From the NCBI GenBank assembly GCA_007133565.1, contig SLMM01000036.1, positions 1 to 58,431 of the forward strand: DNA of 58,431 nt, in the 5' to 3' direction. The notes under the pieces were generated by a model. It worked only from the letters and a program-made list of their open reading frames with translations. It was not told the origin of the DNA and ran no database searches. Positions 18,060 through 28,306 of the stretch are shown here, piece after piece. Position 1 is the first letter of the stretch. Every line of letters starts with the position of its first letter. The position numbers and the translations under genes are program-made. Source of the DNA: Bacteroidales bacterium (GTDB taxonomy: Bacteria > Bacteroidota > Bacteroidia > Bacteroidales > PUMT01).

Positions 18060-19484
18060 TTATCTCAGGAACTCCATCCTTGCTGCATCAAACCTGAGAA
18101 GAATGAACAGCATGATAGTGAATGCCCATAGCGAGGAGCCACCGTAACTGATGAAAGGCAGTGGTATGCCTATAACAGGTACAACCCCTATTGTCATGCC
18201 GATATTGACCACAAGGTGCGTGAAAAAGATTGCAATGACCGAATATCCGTAGATCCGGGCATAGGATGATCTTTGCCGCTCGGCAATGTAAAGCAGCCTT
18301 AGCAGCAACAGCACAAACAGGGCCAGCAACACGAGTGATCCCGTGAAACCCCATTCTTCGCCAATTGTACAGAAGATAAAATCGGTGCTCTGTTCCGGCA
18401 CGAAATTGAATTTTGTCTGCGTGCCCTGCAGGAATCCTCTGCCAGTAAGCCCACCGCTGCCTATTGCTATTTTTGACTGGTTAATATTATAGCTTTGTCC
18501 CAGCGGGTCATCCTCAAACCCGAGCACAATGTTGATGCGGCTCCTCTGGTGAGGCATAAGCACATTGTCAAATACATAGTCAACCGAATAGGTGTATATT
18601 ATCGCTGTGAAAAGGAACCCCAGTACCAGCGGAGCGTTACTTATCCTGCCGATAGCCGAGATAATGAAAAGGACAAGCGAAGCCGCGGCTGCGGCTATGA
18701 CAAGCTGCAGGTCGACGATTATATCCGTCCCGGCAAGCCTGAAGAAGAGAATTACAATTCCGGCCACGGCGGCGAAGATCAGCAATCCCCTTATGGTAAG
18801 TTTCGCATTGCGCAGAACTGTGACAATAGCGGCAAAGGAGGTCAGCACCAGCAAAGCAAGCATGTTGATCTCGTTCATCAGCAGTGCAAGCACAGAAAGA
18901 ACGCAGAAAAGGATAAAGAAAAATAAAACCCATCCGGTAAGTCCTTCGCGATAAAGCACGAGCAGGAATGAGAAGAACACCAGCGATGATCCGACGTCAG
19001 GCTGGAGCAGGATGAGCATCACCGGCAGCAGGATAATGAATGAGGTGTTCACAAGAACTTTTGGGTCATGTATCTTTCTTTTTGTATTGCTGAGGAATTG
19101 CGCCAGGGCAAGAGCTGTTGCAAGCTTTGCAAACTCGGCAGGCTGTATCTGTATCCCTCCAAACTGGAACCATGACTGTGAGGAGTTTACCTCGGTCCCG
19201 AAAAAAAGGACAGCAATAAGCAGCAGAATAGTAAAACCATAGAAGAAATAGGAGAAGAAGAGAAAAAGCTTATTGTCGGTAAGAATTACCGAAAAGGCAA
19301 TTACCACTGCAGCGATCATCCAGATAAGTTGTTTGCCGTAGCGCTGGGAGGTATCGAAAATACTGCTGTGGGCATCATCGTAAACGGCCGAGTAAATGCT
19401 GATCCAGCCGATAATAAGGAGGACCAGCCAGACTATGACTGTAAGCCAGTCGAGATTTCGCCATATGTTAATTCTCCTGTTCAT
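18060..19484 (-). CDS. rodA: Rod shape-determining SEDS glycosyltransferase RodA
   Basis: 'QPAEFAK', 'QPDVGS', 'SKIAIGSGG', 'PEQSTDFIF', 'GIPLPFISYGGSS'; start placed at ATG 19484 (approximate). Confidence 0.95.
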   Translation of the reverse strand: MNRRINIWRNLDWLTVIVWLVLLIIGWISIYSAVYDDAHSSIFDTSQRYGKQLIWMIAAVVIAFSVILTDNKLFLFFSYFFYGFTILLLIAVLFFGTEVNSSQSWFQFGGIQIQPAEFAKLATALALAQFLSNTKRKIHDPKVLVNTSFIILLPVMLILLQPDVGSSLVFFSFLLVLYREGLTGWVLFFFILFCVLSVLALLMNEINMLALLVLTSFAAIVTVLRNAKLTIRGLLIFAAVAGIVILFFRLAGTDIIVDLQLVIAAAAASLVLFIISAIGRISNAPLVLGFLFTAIIYTYSVDYVFDNVLMPHQRSRINIVLGFEDDPLGQSYNINQSKIAIGSGGLTGRGFLQGTQTKFNFVPEQSTDFIFCTIGEEWGFTGSLVLLALFVLLLLRLLYIAERQRSSYARIYGYSVIAIFFTHLVVNIGMTIGVVPVIGIPLPFISYGGSSLWAFTIMLFILLRFDAARMEFLR

Positions 19485-21324
19485 CTGCATCTGCAACTAA
19501 CCGGTTTATAAAATCTGCCTCGAGCATCCTCTGCTCCAGCCATTTTCTGTTGCCTGCTATTTCGCCGTTAAGGTACTTTTCTATCATCAGGCTTGCTATC
19601 GGGGCAGCCATTGTTGCCCCGAACCCTGCATTTTCAACATATACGGCTATAGCAATCTGAGGGTTGTTTCGAGGGGCGAATGCTAAGAACACCGAATGGT
19701 CATCACCATGGGGGTTTTCTGCAGTTCCTGTTTTCCCGCATATATCAAGTCCCTGGACCTGCGCTATACGCGCTGTTCCTCCGTCCGGGCCGTGAACAGC
19801 CCTGTACATCCCTTCAATTACAGGCTCAAACCAGATTGAGTCGATTGTTGTATATTTTTTTTCCCTGAATTCAGGATCAATGTCAGAGTTGGCAACATCC
19901 TTAAGTATGTGAGGGGTGATGTAAAAGCCGCGGTTTGCAATCGCTGCTGTTATGTTGGCCATCTGTATCGGAGTAACCGACAATTCTCCCTGTCCAAGTG
20001 CCAGGGAGACAACCTGAAGGGACCGCCACCTGTTTTCTCCGTAAAAACGGTCATAATAGGTTGCCGGTGGAACAAAACCCCTCAGCTCATTGGGAAAATC
20101 GGCATCAAGTCTCTCTCCAAGCCCGAATGACCTGACGTGATCACGCCATACGTTGAAACCGGCGGTTACCGAGCCGTATTTGGGATGGTCGAGCAGGTCT
20201 CTGAATATATGACAGAAGTATGTGTTACATGAAACCTGTATTGCTGCCGCCATGGCTACAGGCGTTACATGGTGACGGCAGCGGATTGTGAGACGGCCAA
20301 CCGTATAATGGCCGGGGCATGTCTGGCTGGTGACGTCGTCAATAATTCCCTCCTGCAGCGCAATCAGTCCGTTAACAATCTTAAATGTCGATCCGGCAGG
20401 ATAGTGGGCCATCAGCGCCCGGTTAAAAAGAGGGTTAAGGGTATCAGAGGAGAGTTGTCTGAAATTCCTGGTGCGCACCCTGCCTACCAGCAGTTCAGGG
20501 TGGTACGTAGGAGTAGACACCAGCGACAATATCTCTCCTGTTGACGGTTCAATTGCCACGATACTGCCTATTTTGTTCTGCATGAGTTTTTCGCCGTAGG
20601 CCTGAAGAGATGCGTCGAGCGACAGTGTTATATCATTTCCAACCACCGCCGGTGCATCAAACCGACCGTCCTGGTATGAGCCCATTACGCGGTTATGTAC
20701 ATCAACCAGGAACCTGCTGACGCCTTTCTCTCCGCTGAGCTCCTCCTCGTATGTCTTTTCAACACCAGTAATACCTATATAGTCGCCCATCACATAACCG
20801 GGGTTCTCCTCAATCATTCTCCTGTCAACCTCGCCCACATAGCCTAGTATATGGGCAGCAATATCTTTCGGATATTTTCTGAGAGTACGCGGTTGCACAT
20901 AGAAACCGGGAAACTTGTACATCTTCTCCTGCAGCACGGCATATGTAAGTGCCGATATCTGCTTCAGGAATACCGATGACCGGAACCGTGAATATTCTCT
21001 TGCTCTGGCAATTTCGGTGTCAACATATTCTTTGTCTATTTCAAGAATGGAGCAGAATTCGGCAGTGTCAAAAGGGGCAAGTTGCGCAGGTACAACCATC
21101 AGATCATATGCCGGCTCATTGTATACAAGCAGCTCGCCGGTCCTGTCATAGATAAGTCCCCGTGACGGATACTGAGTCACATTTCTCAGAACATTGCTGC
21201 TGGCGCTGAGCTGGTAGGAGGGGTCCAGTACCTGGAGTATGAATAACCTGATAATGAAAAACAGCACAGGCAACATTATCATTGCCCCGATAATATACTT
21301 TCTGTCAGAAAAGTGGTCCTTCAT
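19468..21324 (-). CDS. mrdA: Penicillin-binding protein 2
   Basis: 'RGLIYDR', SxxK 'GSTFK', SxN 'SCN', 'KTGT'; lies in the mre operon. Confidence 0.96.
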   Translation of the reverse strand: MKDHFSDRKYIIGAMIMLPVLFFIIRLFILQVLDPSYQLSASSNVLRNVTQYPSRGLIYDRTGELLVYNEPAYDLMVVPAQLAPFDTAEFCSILEIDKEYVDTEIARAREYSRFRSSVFLKQISALTYAVLQEKMYKFPGFYVQPRTLRKYPKDIAAHILGYVGEVDRRMIEENPGYVMGDYIGITGVEKTYEEELSGEKGVSRFLVDVHNRVMGSYQDGRFDAPAVVGNDITLSLDASLQAYGEKLMQNKIGSIVAIEPSTGEILSLVSTPTYHPELLVGRVRTRNFRQLSSDTLNPLFNRALMAHYPAGSTFKIVNGLIALQEGIIDDVTSQTCPGHYTVGRLTIRCRHHVTPVAMAAAIQVSCNTYFCHIFRDLLDHPKYGSVTAGFNVWRDHVRSFGLGERLDADFPNELRGFVPPATYYDRFYGENRWRSLQVVSLALGQGELSVTPIQMANITAAIANRGFYITPHILKDVANSDIDPEFREKKYTTIDSIWFEPVIEGMYRAVHGPDGGTARIAQVQGLDICGKTGTAENPHGDDHSVFLAFAPRNNPQIAIAVYVENAGFGATMAAPIASLMIEKYLNGEIAGNRKWLEQRMLEADFINRLVADADEQEN

Positions 21325-21407
21325 TTTTTGTTATTTAATCTGCCGAAGGTTGATGCTGGTATCAATTGAAATAGCTATTAATTACAATTCAGGCAAATCA
21401 GTCTGTG

Positions 21408-21914
21408 TTACTTCCGGTAAATAAAGTACTGGCTTATAAGCACCAGCAATAGGGTAAAAGCACTGCTTAGAATAGCCCTTGTAAATGTGTGAAAAAAATC
21501 GGTAAATCTGAACACCTCAATATAAAACAGGAAAAAATGGTGTGCAAGTATAAGGATTGCCGAATATTGAAAAAACCATGAAAAACCATAATAGTATATT
21601 CTGGGAAAGGTGCCCGGCATGTAACCATCCCTCGGGGCAAAATAACCCAGTACCGCAGGCCTTATGAAGGCCATGAACACTGTTGCCGAAGCATGCAGTC
21701 CCGGAGTGTTTGAAAAAAGGTCAATTGACAATCCCAGCACGAAGCTCAGGCTGAGCAGCAGCCACCCGGGGGTCTCAAAAGGCAGCAATATAATAAACAG
21801 GATATAAAAATAGGGGTTTACATAACCGCTGAACTGGACGTTGTTTAGTATGAACACCTGGAAAGAAACCAGCACGATGATGCGTAATATGTTACGAAGC
21901 AATATCTTAATCAT
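21408..21914 (-). CDS. mreD: Rod shape-determining protein MreD
   Basis: Hydrophobic; 'LGLSIDLFSNTPGLHASA'; between mreC and mrdA; start at MIKILL overlapping the mreC stop. Confidence 0.9.
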   Translation of the reverse strand: MIKILLRNILRIIVLVSFQVFILNNVQFSGYVNPYFYILFIILLPFETPGWLLLSLSFVLGLSIDLFSNTPGLHASATVFMAFIRPAVLGYFAPRDGYMPGTFPRIYYYGFSWFFQYSAILILAHHFFLFYIEVFRFTDFFHTFTRAILSSAFTLLLVLISQYFIYRK

Positions 21915-22737
21915 ATCCTGCAGATCTTTCCAGTTCAAGTAGTTCCTTCCTTAAAAGGTCCCGGATCACGTATACCTGGTTCAGCTTCCTGAAATCGGTT
22001 GAAAGATTGACGGTAACCGACCAGAAGTTGCCGCCGTAAATCTCGAAGTCGGTTATTGTTCCCACCATTATTCCCTCCGGAAAAATGGCAGAGAACCCTG
22101 AGGTAACTATGGAATCGCCTCTGTTAAGGATTACGTGGTGAGGGATGTCTGTCAGTGTCGCCATTTCCGGATCCATGCCGTCCCAGTACAGGGAGCCGAA
22201 ATAGCCCGTATCTTTGAGTTTGGAGCTTATCCTCAGGTCTACGTTCAACAGCGGGATAACTGTTGAGAAGTTTTCAGAAACCCCTGTAACAATGCCAACT
22301 ACTCCATTTCCCGAAACAACCGCCATGTCCGTTTCAACACCGTGGACTGCACCTTTGTCAAGCGACAGAAAATTATGCTGTTTATTAACAGAATTGGCAA
22401 TAACCCTTGCAGGTATGTAATCGTAACGCCTTTCCCATATTTGGTCAAATTCTGCCTCGGAGGCAGGAGGGACCTGTGATTTGTATGATGAGAACAATTC
22501 GTTCCTCAGCAGGCGATTCTCTTCATGTAGGGCAGTGTTTGCCTCCCGAAGGCTCAGGTATTGCCTTACCGAATATGTTTTAGTATTGATATACCCGCTT
22601 ACGTTTCTTGAGATGTTGAAAACAATGGCGCTCTGATAATAATTGTTCTGAAAAACCAGTACAAGGGCAACTATTTCAAGCAAAATGAAAAGCAGCAAAA
22701 AATGGTTTCTCAGTATGAATCTTATCAGGTTCTGCAT
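21907..22737 (-). CDS. mreC: Rod shape-determining protein MreC
   Basis: TM, coiled coil 'EANTALHEENRLL', 'LDKGAVHGV', 'GDSIVTSGFSAIFPEGI'. Confidence 0.94.
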   Translation of the reverse strand: MQNLIRFILRNHFLLLFILLEIVALVLVFQNNYYQSAIVFNISRNVSGYINTKTYSVRQYLSLREANTALHEENRLLRNELFSSYKSQVPPASEAEFDQIWERRYDYIPARVIANSVNKQHNFLSLDKGAVHGVETDMAVVSGNGVVGIVTGVSENFSTVIPLLNVDLRISSKLKDTGYFGSLYWDGMDPEMATLTDIPHHVILNRGDSIVTSGFSAIFPEGIMVGTITDFEIYGGNFWSVTVNLSTDFRKLNQVYVIRDLLRKELLELERSAGYD

Positions 22738-22754
22738 TACCGGCCTCTCTCATT

Positions 22755-23777
22755 TTATCTCATCAGGAAAGAAAACTTATCTGCATTTTTCAAAGCAATC
22801 GCGGTCCCTCTGGCAACTGCGTGAAGAGGGTCTTCTGCAATATGAAAAGGGATATTTATTTTGTCTGTCAATCTCCTGGAAAATCCCCGTAGCAATGCTC
22901 CCCCGCCTGCCATGTTTATTCCCCGGTTCACTATGTCAGCGTATAGCTCAGGAGGGGTCTGTTCCAGAACATTCAGTATAGCCGATTCAATTTTCGATAT
23001 TGATTTGTCAAGACAGTGGGCAATTTCCTGGTAGGAGACAGGTATTTCAACGGGCATGGCAGTCATCAGGTTTGGCCCCCTGACAATATAGTCGGGTGGT
23101 GCATCCTCAAGATCCGGCAGTGCAGAGCCGACGTTTATTTTAATATCTTCGGCAGTGCGCTCGCCTATTTTTATGTTGTGCTGGTGCCTCATGTATGACT
23201 GTATGTCACTGGTAAAACCGTCACCTGCAACCCTTATTGATTTGTTGCATACTATTCCGCCCAGGGCAATTACCGCAATTTCTGTTGTACCGCCTCCGAT
23301 GTCGACTATCATGCTGCCATCAGGGGCTTCAACGTCAACTCCTATCCCTATCGAAGCGGCCATGGGCTCGTATATCAGGAACACATCCCGCCCTCCGGCA
23401 TGTTCGGATGAGTCGCGCACAGCCCTTACCTCAACCTCGGTGCTGCCTGAAGGAATGCAAACCACCATCCTGAGTGAGGGACTGAAAAGTTTAGGCTTGC
23501 TGTTGATAATTTTTATCATTCCCCTGATCATCTGCTCTGCGGCGTTGAAATCGGCTATTACACCGTCTCTCAGCGGACGGATAGTCTTAATGTTCTCATG
23601 TGTTTTTCCGTGCATCTGACGAGCTTTTTCGCCAATTGCGATCAATTTGCCTGTTTTCTGGTCAATCGCAACTATTGAAGGTTCATCAACAACAATTTTA
23701 TCATTATGGATGATGATGGTGTTTGCAGTACCAAGGTCTATAGCCAGTTCCTGCGTTAAAAATGAAAATAGGCCCAT
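22755..23777 (-). CDS. mreB: Rod shape-determining actin homologue MreB
   Basis: 'IDLGTANT', 'RPLRDGVIADF', 'EPMAA', 'DIGGGTTE', 'GGGALL'. Confidence 0.98.
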   Translation of the reverse strand: MGLFSFLTQELAIDLGTANTIIIHNDKIVVDEPSIVAIDQKTGKLIAIGEKARQMHGKTHENIKTIRPLRDGVIADFNAAEQMIRGMIKIINSKPKLFSPSLRMVVCIPSGSTEVEVRAVRDSSEHAGGRDVFLIYEPMAASIGIGVDVEAPDGSMIVDIGGGTTEIAVIALGGIVCNKSIRVAGDGFTSDIQSYMRHQHNIKIGERTAEDIKINVGSALPDLEDAPPDYIVRGPNLMTAMPVEIPVSYQEIAHCLDKSISKIESAILNVLEQTPPELYADIVNRGINMAGGGALLRGFSRRLTDKINIPFHIAEDPLHAVARGTAIALKNADKFSFLMR

Positions 23778-23896
23778 GTTTTGTTTTTAATGTTTGTGTT
23801 AGATTGCTTTAAATTGATAACCATACTTTATTGACATTATACAGAGGCGGTGATAATAGGCCCGCCACTGGTCAGGTGCACCGGTAGCTCATCAGG

Positions 23897-25420
23897 CTAA
23901 TGCCGGAAGTGCCTTATACCTGTAAAGACCATCTTCATGCCGTTATCATTGCAGAAGTCGATCGAGGCTTTGTCCCTTACCGAGCCACCTGGCTGAATTA
24001 CGGCTGTTATGCCCGCCTTCCCGGCTATTTCGACCGAATCGGCAAAAGGGAAGAAGGCATCTGACGCCATCACTGCTCCGTTAAGGTCAAATCCGCCTTC
24101 CACGGCCTTTTCAATTGCCTGTTTCAGTGCATCCACGCGGGATGTTTGTCCCCCTCCGCTTCCAATAAGCTGTTTGTCCTTTGCCAGCACTATCGCATTC
24201 GATTTCGTATGCTTTACTATCTTATTTGCAAACAGAAGGTCTGTAGTTTCTCTCCGGTCGGGCGAGGTCTGCGTGACAACTTCAATGCCTGATTCCGATT
24301 CGGTGTGCGTATCCCTGTCCTGTACAAGTAAGCCGCCTGTAACACTCCTTATGAGCCGGTCTGGCAGGCTGACGTTTTCACTTACCAGTATTATCCTGTT
24401 CTTTTTGCTCTTCAGAACTCCCAGGGCGCCGTTACTGTATTCCGGGGCTATGGCCACCTCAAAAAACAGCTTGTTCATTTCTGTTGCTGTATCCTCGTCT
24501 ATCTTACGGTTGGCCACCAGCACACCGCCGAATGCCGATACCGGGTCTCCGGCAAGTGCGGCGGTATAGGCATTGCGCAGAATATCCGCAGAAGCCAGTC
24601 CGCAAGCATTGTTATGCTTTAGTATCGCGAATGTTGTTTCGTCGAACTCGGCTATGAGCTGGCAGGCGGCATCGATATCAAGCAGGTTGTTGTAGGAGAT
24701 CTCCTTGCCATGCAGCTGCCTGAACGGGAATTCACCTTCCAGGTAGTACACTGCGTTCTGGTGGGGATTCTCACCGTACCTGAGCTTACGGCCGTTTCTG
24801 AAAACCGGCGTGAAGGTGCTGCTATCCTTGCCGGTAAACCATGAATATATTGCGGTATCGTACGAAGAGGAGATCCTGAAGGCCTCGCCGGCCATCTCCA
24901 TCCTCTCTTCAAGTGTGGAGCTTCCTTCCCCCTTTAGAAGGATTTCGAGAAGTGCGGGGTAGTGGTCCCTTGACGGGATGATCAGTACATCATTGAAATT
25001 TTTTGCAGCAGCCCTTATCAGGGCAATACCCCCGATGTCTATCTTTTCTATAATTTCCTGATCGGGTGCCCCTTGTGTGACCGTATCCTCAAAAGGGTAG
25101 AGGTCGGTTACCACCAGGTCCACAGGCGGTATGCCGAATTCTTCAAGTTCCTTGATGTCGGAACCGATGTTACGGCGTGCAAGTATGCCCCCGAATACTT
25201 TGGGGTGGAGTGTCTTGACCCTGCCGCCCAGGATTGACGGGTAACCTGTAATACTCTCCACGCGGATTACCGGCACATTGCTCTTTTCGATGTAACCGGC
25301 CGTTCCGCCGGTTGAATATATCTGTATACCAAGATTATTCAGCGCCCCGGTTATCTTATCGAGGTTTTCTTTATGCCATACCGAAATAAAAGCTGAGGAT
25401 ATTTTTCTTAAGGCACTCAT
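23897..25420 (-). CDS. purH: Bifunctional AICAR transformylase / IMP cyclohydrolase
   Basis: 'STGGT', 'GGRVKTLHP', 'IDIGG', 'RYGENPHQ', 'KHNNACG', 'ASDAFFPF', 'QPGGS', 'RHFRH'; start moved to ATG 25420 because the TTG at 25447 is part of the promoter. Confidence 0.97.
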   Translation of the reverse strand: MSALRKISSAFISVWHKENLDKITGALNNLGIQIYSTGGTAGYIEKSNVPVIRVESITGYPSILGGRVKTLHPKVFGGILARRNIGSDIKELEEFGIPPVDLVVTDLYPFEDTVTQGAPDQEIIEKIDIGGIALIRAAAKNFNDVLIIPSRDHYPALLEILLKGEGSSTLEERMEMAGEAFRISSSYDTAIYSWFTGKDSSTFTPVFRNGRKLRYGENPHQNAVYYLEGEFPFRQLHGKEISYNNLLDIDAACQLIAEFDETTFAILKHNNACGLASADILRNAYTAALAGDPVSAFGGVLVANRKIDEDTATEMNKLFFEVAIAPEYSNGALGVLKSKKNRIILVSENVSLPDRLIRSVTGGLLVQDRDTHTESESGIEVVTQTSPDRRETTDLLFANKIVKHTKSNAIVLAKDKQLIGSGGGQTSRVDALKQAIEKAVEGGFDLNGAVMASDAFFPFADSVEIAGKAGITAVIQPGGSVRDKASIDFCNDNGMKMVFTGIRHFRH

Positions 25421-25444
25421 AGACAGGTGTTTAATTTCTTTATG

Positions 25445-25452
25445 CAAAGTTA
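25445..25452 (-). promoter_or_regulatory. Bacteroidota -7 promoter element (TAACTTTG) for purH
   Basis: TAnnTTTG consensus 24 nt upstream of ATG 25420. Confidence 0.65.
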
Positions 25453-25597
25453 TATAAAAAGTTAAATATTTTACATGTGCAATCGGGCAAAAACCTTTAA
25501 AACTAACAATCCCGCAATATCTGCAAGTTTTAAAAATATTTAACCAAAACAGTCAGTTAAGTTTTACCATAATACAACGAAATACTGGAAAATTAAC

Positions 25598-25605
25598 TAA
25601 GTTTG
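25598..25605 (+). promoter_or_regulatory. Bacteroidota -7 promoter element (TAAGTTTG) for the ABC permease
   Basis: TAnnTTTG in the AT-rich divergent intergenic region. Confidence 0.55.
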
Positions 25606-25666
25606 TTGTCCGGAAACTTTTAACGGCTTAATATTTTTTTCACAATGGGGGAAGACTCATAACAAC

Positions 25667-26917
25667 ATGATATTGTTAAAGTTACTTAAGGAGAGCTTTA
25701 TCTTTGCTTACAGCAATGTATTGGTTAACAAGCTTCGGACCCTGTTGTCGCTGCTGGGTATTACAATAGGCATCTTCGCTATAATATCTGTTTTTACCAT
25801 AGTCGACTCACTTGAGCGCAACATCAGGGAAAACATTGCACAGCTCGGCGACAATGTCATATACGTTCAGAAATGGCCATGGGCATTTGATGCAGACTAT
25901 GCCTGGTGGGTCTATATGCGCCGCCCTGTGCCCGATCTGCGGGATTATGAAGAGATAAGACGCAGGTCTCAGTTTGCCGAAGCCGTTGTATTTTCAGTAT
26001 CAACCGGAGGAATGGTGAGATATGAGAGCACCTACCTTGAGAATACGGGCATATGGGCAAATTCGCACGATTTTGAAACCATAAGGTATTTTGAACTTGA
26101 ACGCGGCAGGTATTTTACACCGTTTGAATCGGCTGCCGGCCGTAATCTTGCCATTATCGGGCACGAAATATCCCAGCGCCTGTTCAACGGGATTGACCCT
26201 GTTGGAAGAGAGATCCAGATCTCGGGAAGGAGGGTAACGGTAATAGGGGTTGCTGCCCGTGAGGGGATGGATATGGTAGGCGGAGGCAGCCTTGATGAGT
26301 TGGTGCTTGTGCCGCTGAATTTTGCCAGGACGATCTACAATATAAGGTCTGACCGGATGAACCCGATGATAATGGTAAAGACTCTCCCCGATGCTTCAAA
26401 CCAGGAGCTCATTGATGAGCTGCGGCTTATACTTAGATCAGCCAGGCGTCTCTCACCCGCCGCTGACGATAATTTCGCACTTAACCAGGTAAGCGCCATC
26501 AGCCAGGGCCTGGACCAGATATTTGTAATGATCAACCTGGTAGGATGGATAATAGGAGGATTTTCTATACTGGTTGGTGGTTTCGGAATTGCAAATATAA
26601 TGTTTGTTTCTGTAAAGGAGAGGACCAACATTATAGGCATTCAGAAATCGCTCGGTGCCAAGAATTACTTCATCCTTTTGCAGTTTCTTTATGAATCGGT
26701 TCTGCTGGCGCTTGCAGGAGGAGTCCTCGGGTTGCTTCTGATATTCGGAGGTACTGTGCTTGTAAGCAGTGCGTCTGATTTTGCCATTACCCTCACCGCC
26801 GGGAATATAATACTTGGGCTGTTCGTCTCGGCTGTAATTGGGGTAATTGCCGGCTATGCCCCTGCCTATGCAGCATCACGGCTGAACCCGGTTGAGGCGA
26901 TCAACCACACTTTCTGA
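25667..26917 (+). CDS. ABC transporter permease, MacB/FtsX family
   Basis: 'NKLRTLLSLLGITIGI', 'GGFGIANIMFVSVKERTNIIGIQKSLGA', 'PAYAASRLNPVEA'. Confidence 0.93.
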   Translation: MILLKLLKESFIFAYSNVLVNKLRTLLSLLGITIGIFAIISVFTIVDSLERNIRENIAQLGDNVIYVQKWPWAFDADYAWWVYMRRPVPDLRDYEEIRRRSQFAEAVVFSVSTGGMVRYESTYLENTGIWANSHDFETIRYFELERGRYFTPFESAAGRNLAIIGHEISQRLFNGIDPVGREIQISGRRVTVIGVAAREGMDMVGGGSLDELVLVPLNFARTIYNIRSDRMNPMIMVKTLPDASNQELIDELRLILRSARRLSPAADDNFALNQVSAISQGLDQIFVMINLVGWIIGGFSILVGGFGIANIMFVSVKERTNIIGIQKSLGAKNYFILLQFLYESVLLALAGGVLGLLLIFGGTVLVSSASDFAITLTAGNIILGLFVSAVIGVIAGYAPAYAASRLNPVEAINHTF

Positions 26918-26929
26918 ATTTGCTAATTA

Positions 26930-28288
26930 TCAAAATATTCCGTACAGGATACGTCCTATTGAAAAGTAGATCATCAGTCCCATCAGGTCATTGCTTGTTG
27001 TAATGAAGGGCCCGGTGGCAAGTGCAGGGTCTATTTTGAACTTGTCCAGCACAAGCGGCACAACCGTTCCGAAAAGTGAGGCGAACAAAATGACCGATAA
27101 CAGGGCTGCGCTTACTGTCATCGTGAGAGCAAGTGAACTTTTAACAAGTATGTTGTAGGTAAGCATTATCAGCGCCAGCGTCAGTCCGTTCAGCAATGCT
27201 ACAGAGAACTCCTTGAGCAGCCTTTTGAAGGTATCGGATATTTTGATAGTCTGGTTTGCCAGTCCCTGGACCACTATTGAAGAGGACTGCACACCTACGT
27301 TTCCCGCAGATGCCGCAATCAGCGGCATAAAAAATGCCATCTCGGGATAGACCCCGAGATCAGCTTCAAAGACACCAATCACCTGTGAAACAAGGATGCC
27401 TCCGGTAAGGCCTATAAGAAGCCAGGGAAGCCTTGCCCTGGTCAGTATCCAGACTTTATCGGTAGGTTCAATATCTTCTGTGATACCTGCAATAAGCTGG
27501 TAATCCTTTTCAGCCTCCTCCCTGATCACATCAACCACATCGTCAATCGTTATCCTTCCTGCAAGCCTACCTATGTGATCTACAACAGGCAGTGCTACCA
27601 GGTCGTATTTATGCATGATGTTTGAAACCTCTTCTGAAGGGGTATCGGTGCGCACAGAAATAAAGTCGGTGTTAAGAAGATCTCTGATAAATGAGTTTCT
27701 GGAGCTGAGCAGCAGCTTTTTCATTGAAAGAAGTCCCTTAAGCAGGTTTGCATCGTCAACAACATAAACAAAGTAAACTTCATCAACCTCTTCAGCCTGT
27801 TTCCTCATCTCTCTAATGCTGGTCACAACATTCCAGTTTTCGTTCACCTTGATAAGCTCCTTGGCCATTAACCCCCCCGCGGTATCCTCATCGTATGACA
27901 GAAGGTCAACTATGTCGCCGGCATGTTCAACATCCTCCATCCTTGAAAGCACCTCATCCTTGCGGTCGGCCGACAGTTCGCCGAGCACGTCGGCGGCATC
28001 GTCGGTATCCATATAATCGATGAGCTGCCTTGCGATCATTTCGCTCGGCAGGTTCTTAAGGACCCGTTTTCTTTCGTCAATGTCAAGTTCAATCAGAACA
28101 TCGGCGGCGGTTTCATTGTCAAGTACCGTAAACAGGAACCGGCCCTCATCTGCTTCGAGCATTTGGTAAATCTCGGCAATGTCGGCCGAATGCATCTCGC
28201 TGATAAGCTGATAAACAGCATCTTTGTCTTCGCGCTCGATATTTTCCTTCAACTGATCAAGAAAATCGCGGCTTATCTCGACTTGCAT
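26930..28288 (-). CDS. mgtE: Magnesium transporter MgtE
   Basis: Acidic N-domain, CBS pair 'YDEDTAGGLM...GRITIDD', 'RARLPWL', 'AGNVGVQ', 'DPALATGPFITTSND'. Confidence 0.96.
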   Translation of the reverse strand: MQVEISRDFLDQLKENIEREDKDAVYQLISEMHSADIAEIYQMLEADEGRFLFTVLDNETAADVLIELDIDERKRVLKNLPSEMIARQLIDYMDTDDAADVLGELSADRKDEVLSRMEDVEHAGDIVDLLSYDEDTAGGLMAKELIKVNENWNVVTSIREMRKQAEEVDEVYFVYVVDDANLLKGLLSMKKLLLSSRNSFIRDLLNTDFISVRTDTPSEEVSNIMHKYDLVALPVVDHIGRLAGRITIDDVVDVIREEAEKDYQLIAGITEDIEPTDKVWILTRARLPWLLIGLTGGILVSQVIGVFEADLGVYPEMAFFMPLIAASAGNVGVQSSSIVVQGLANQTIKISDTFKRLLKEFSVALLNGLTLALIMLTYNILVKSSLALTMTVSAALLSVILFASLFGTVVPLVLDKFKIDPALATGPFITTSNDLMGLMIYFSIGRILYGIF

Positions 28289-28306
28289 AAAATATGGTTT
28301 TACAGG

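Noticed and set aside
25421-25666. ZMP/ZTP or purine riboswitch upstream of purH
   Set aside because: The promoter element is only about 24 nt from the start codon and no aptamer pattern is visible
25667-26917. MacB-type permease with no adjacent ATPase; tatC without tatA
   Set aside because: Dispersed partners are common in Bacteroidota
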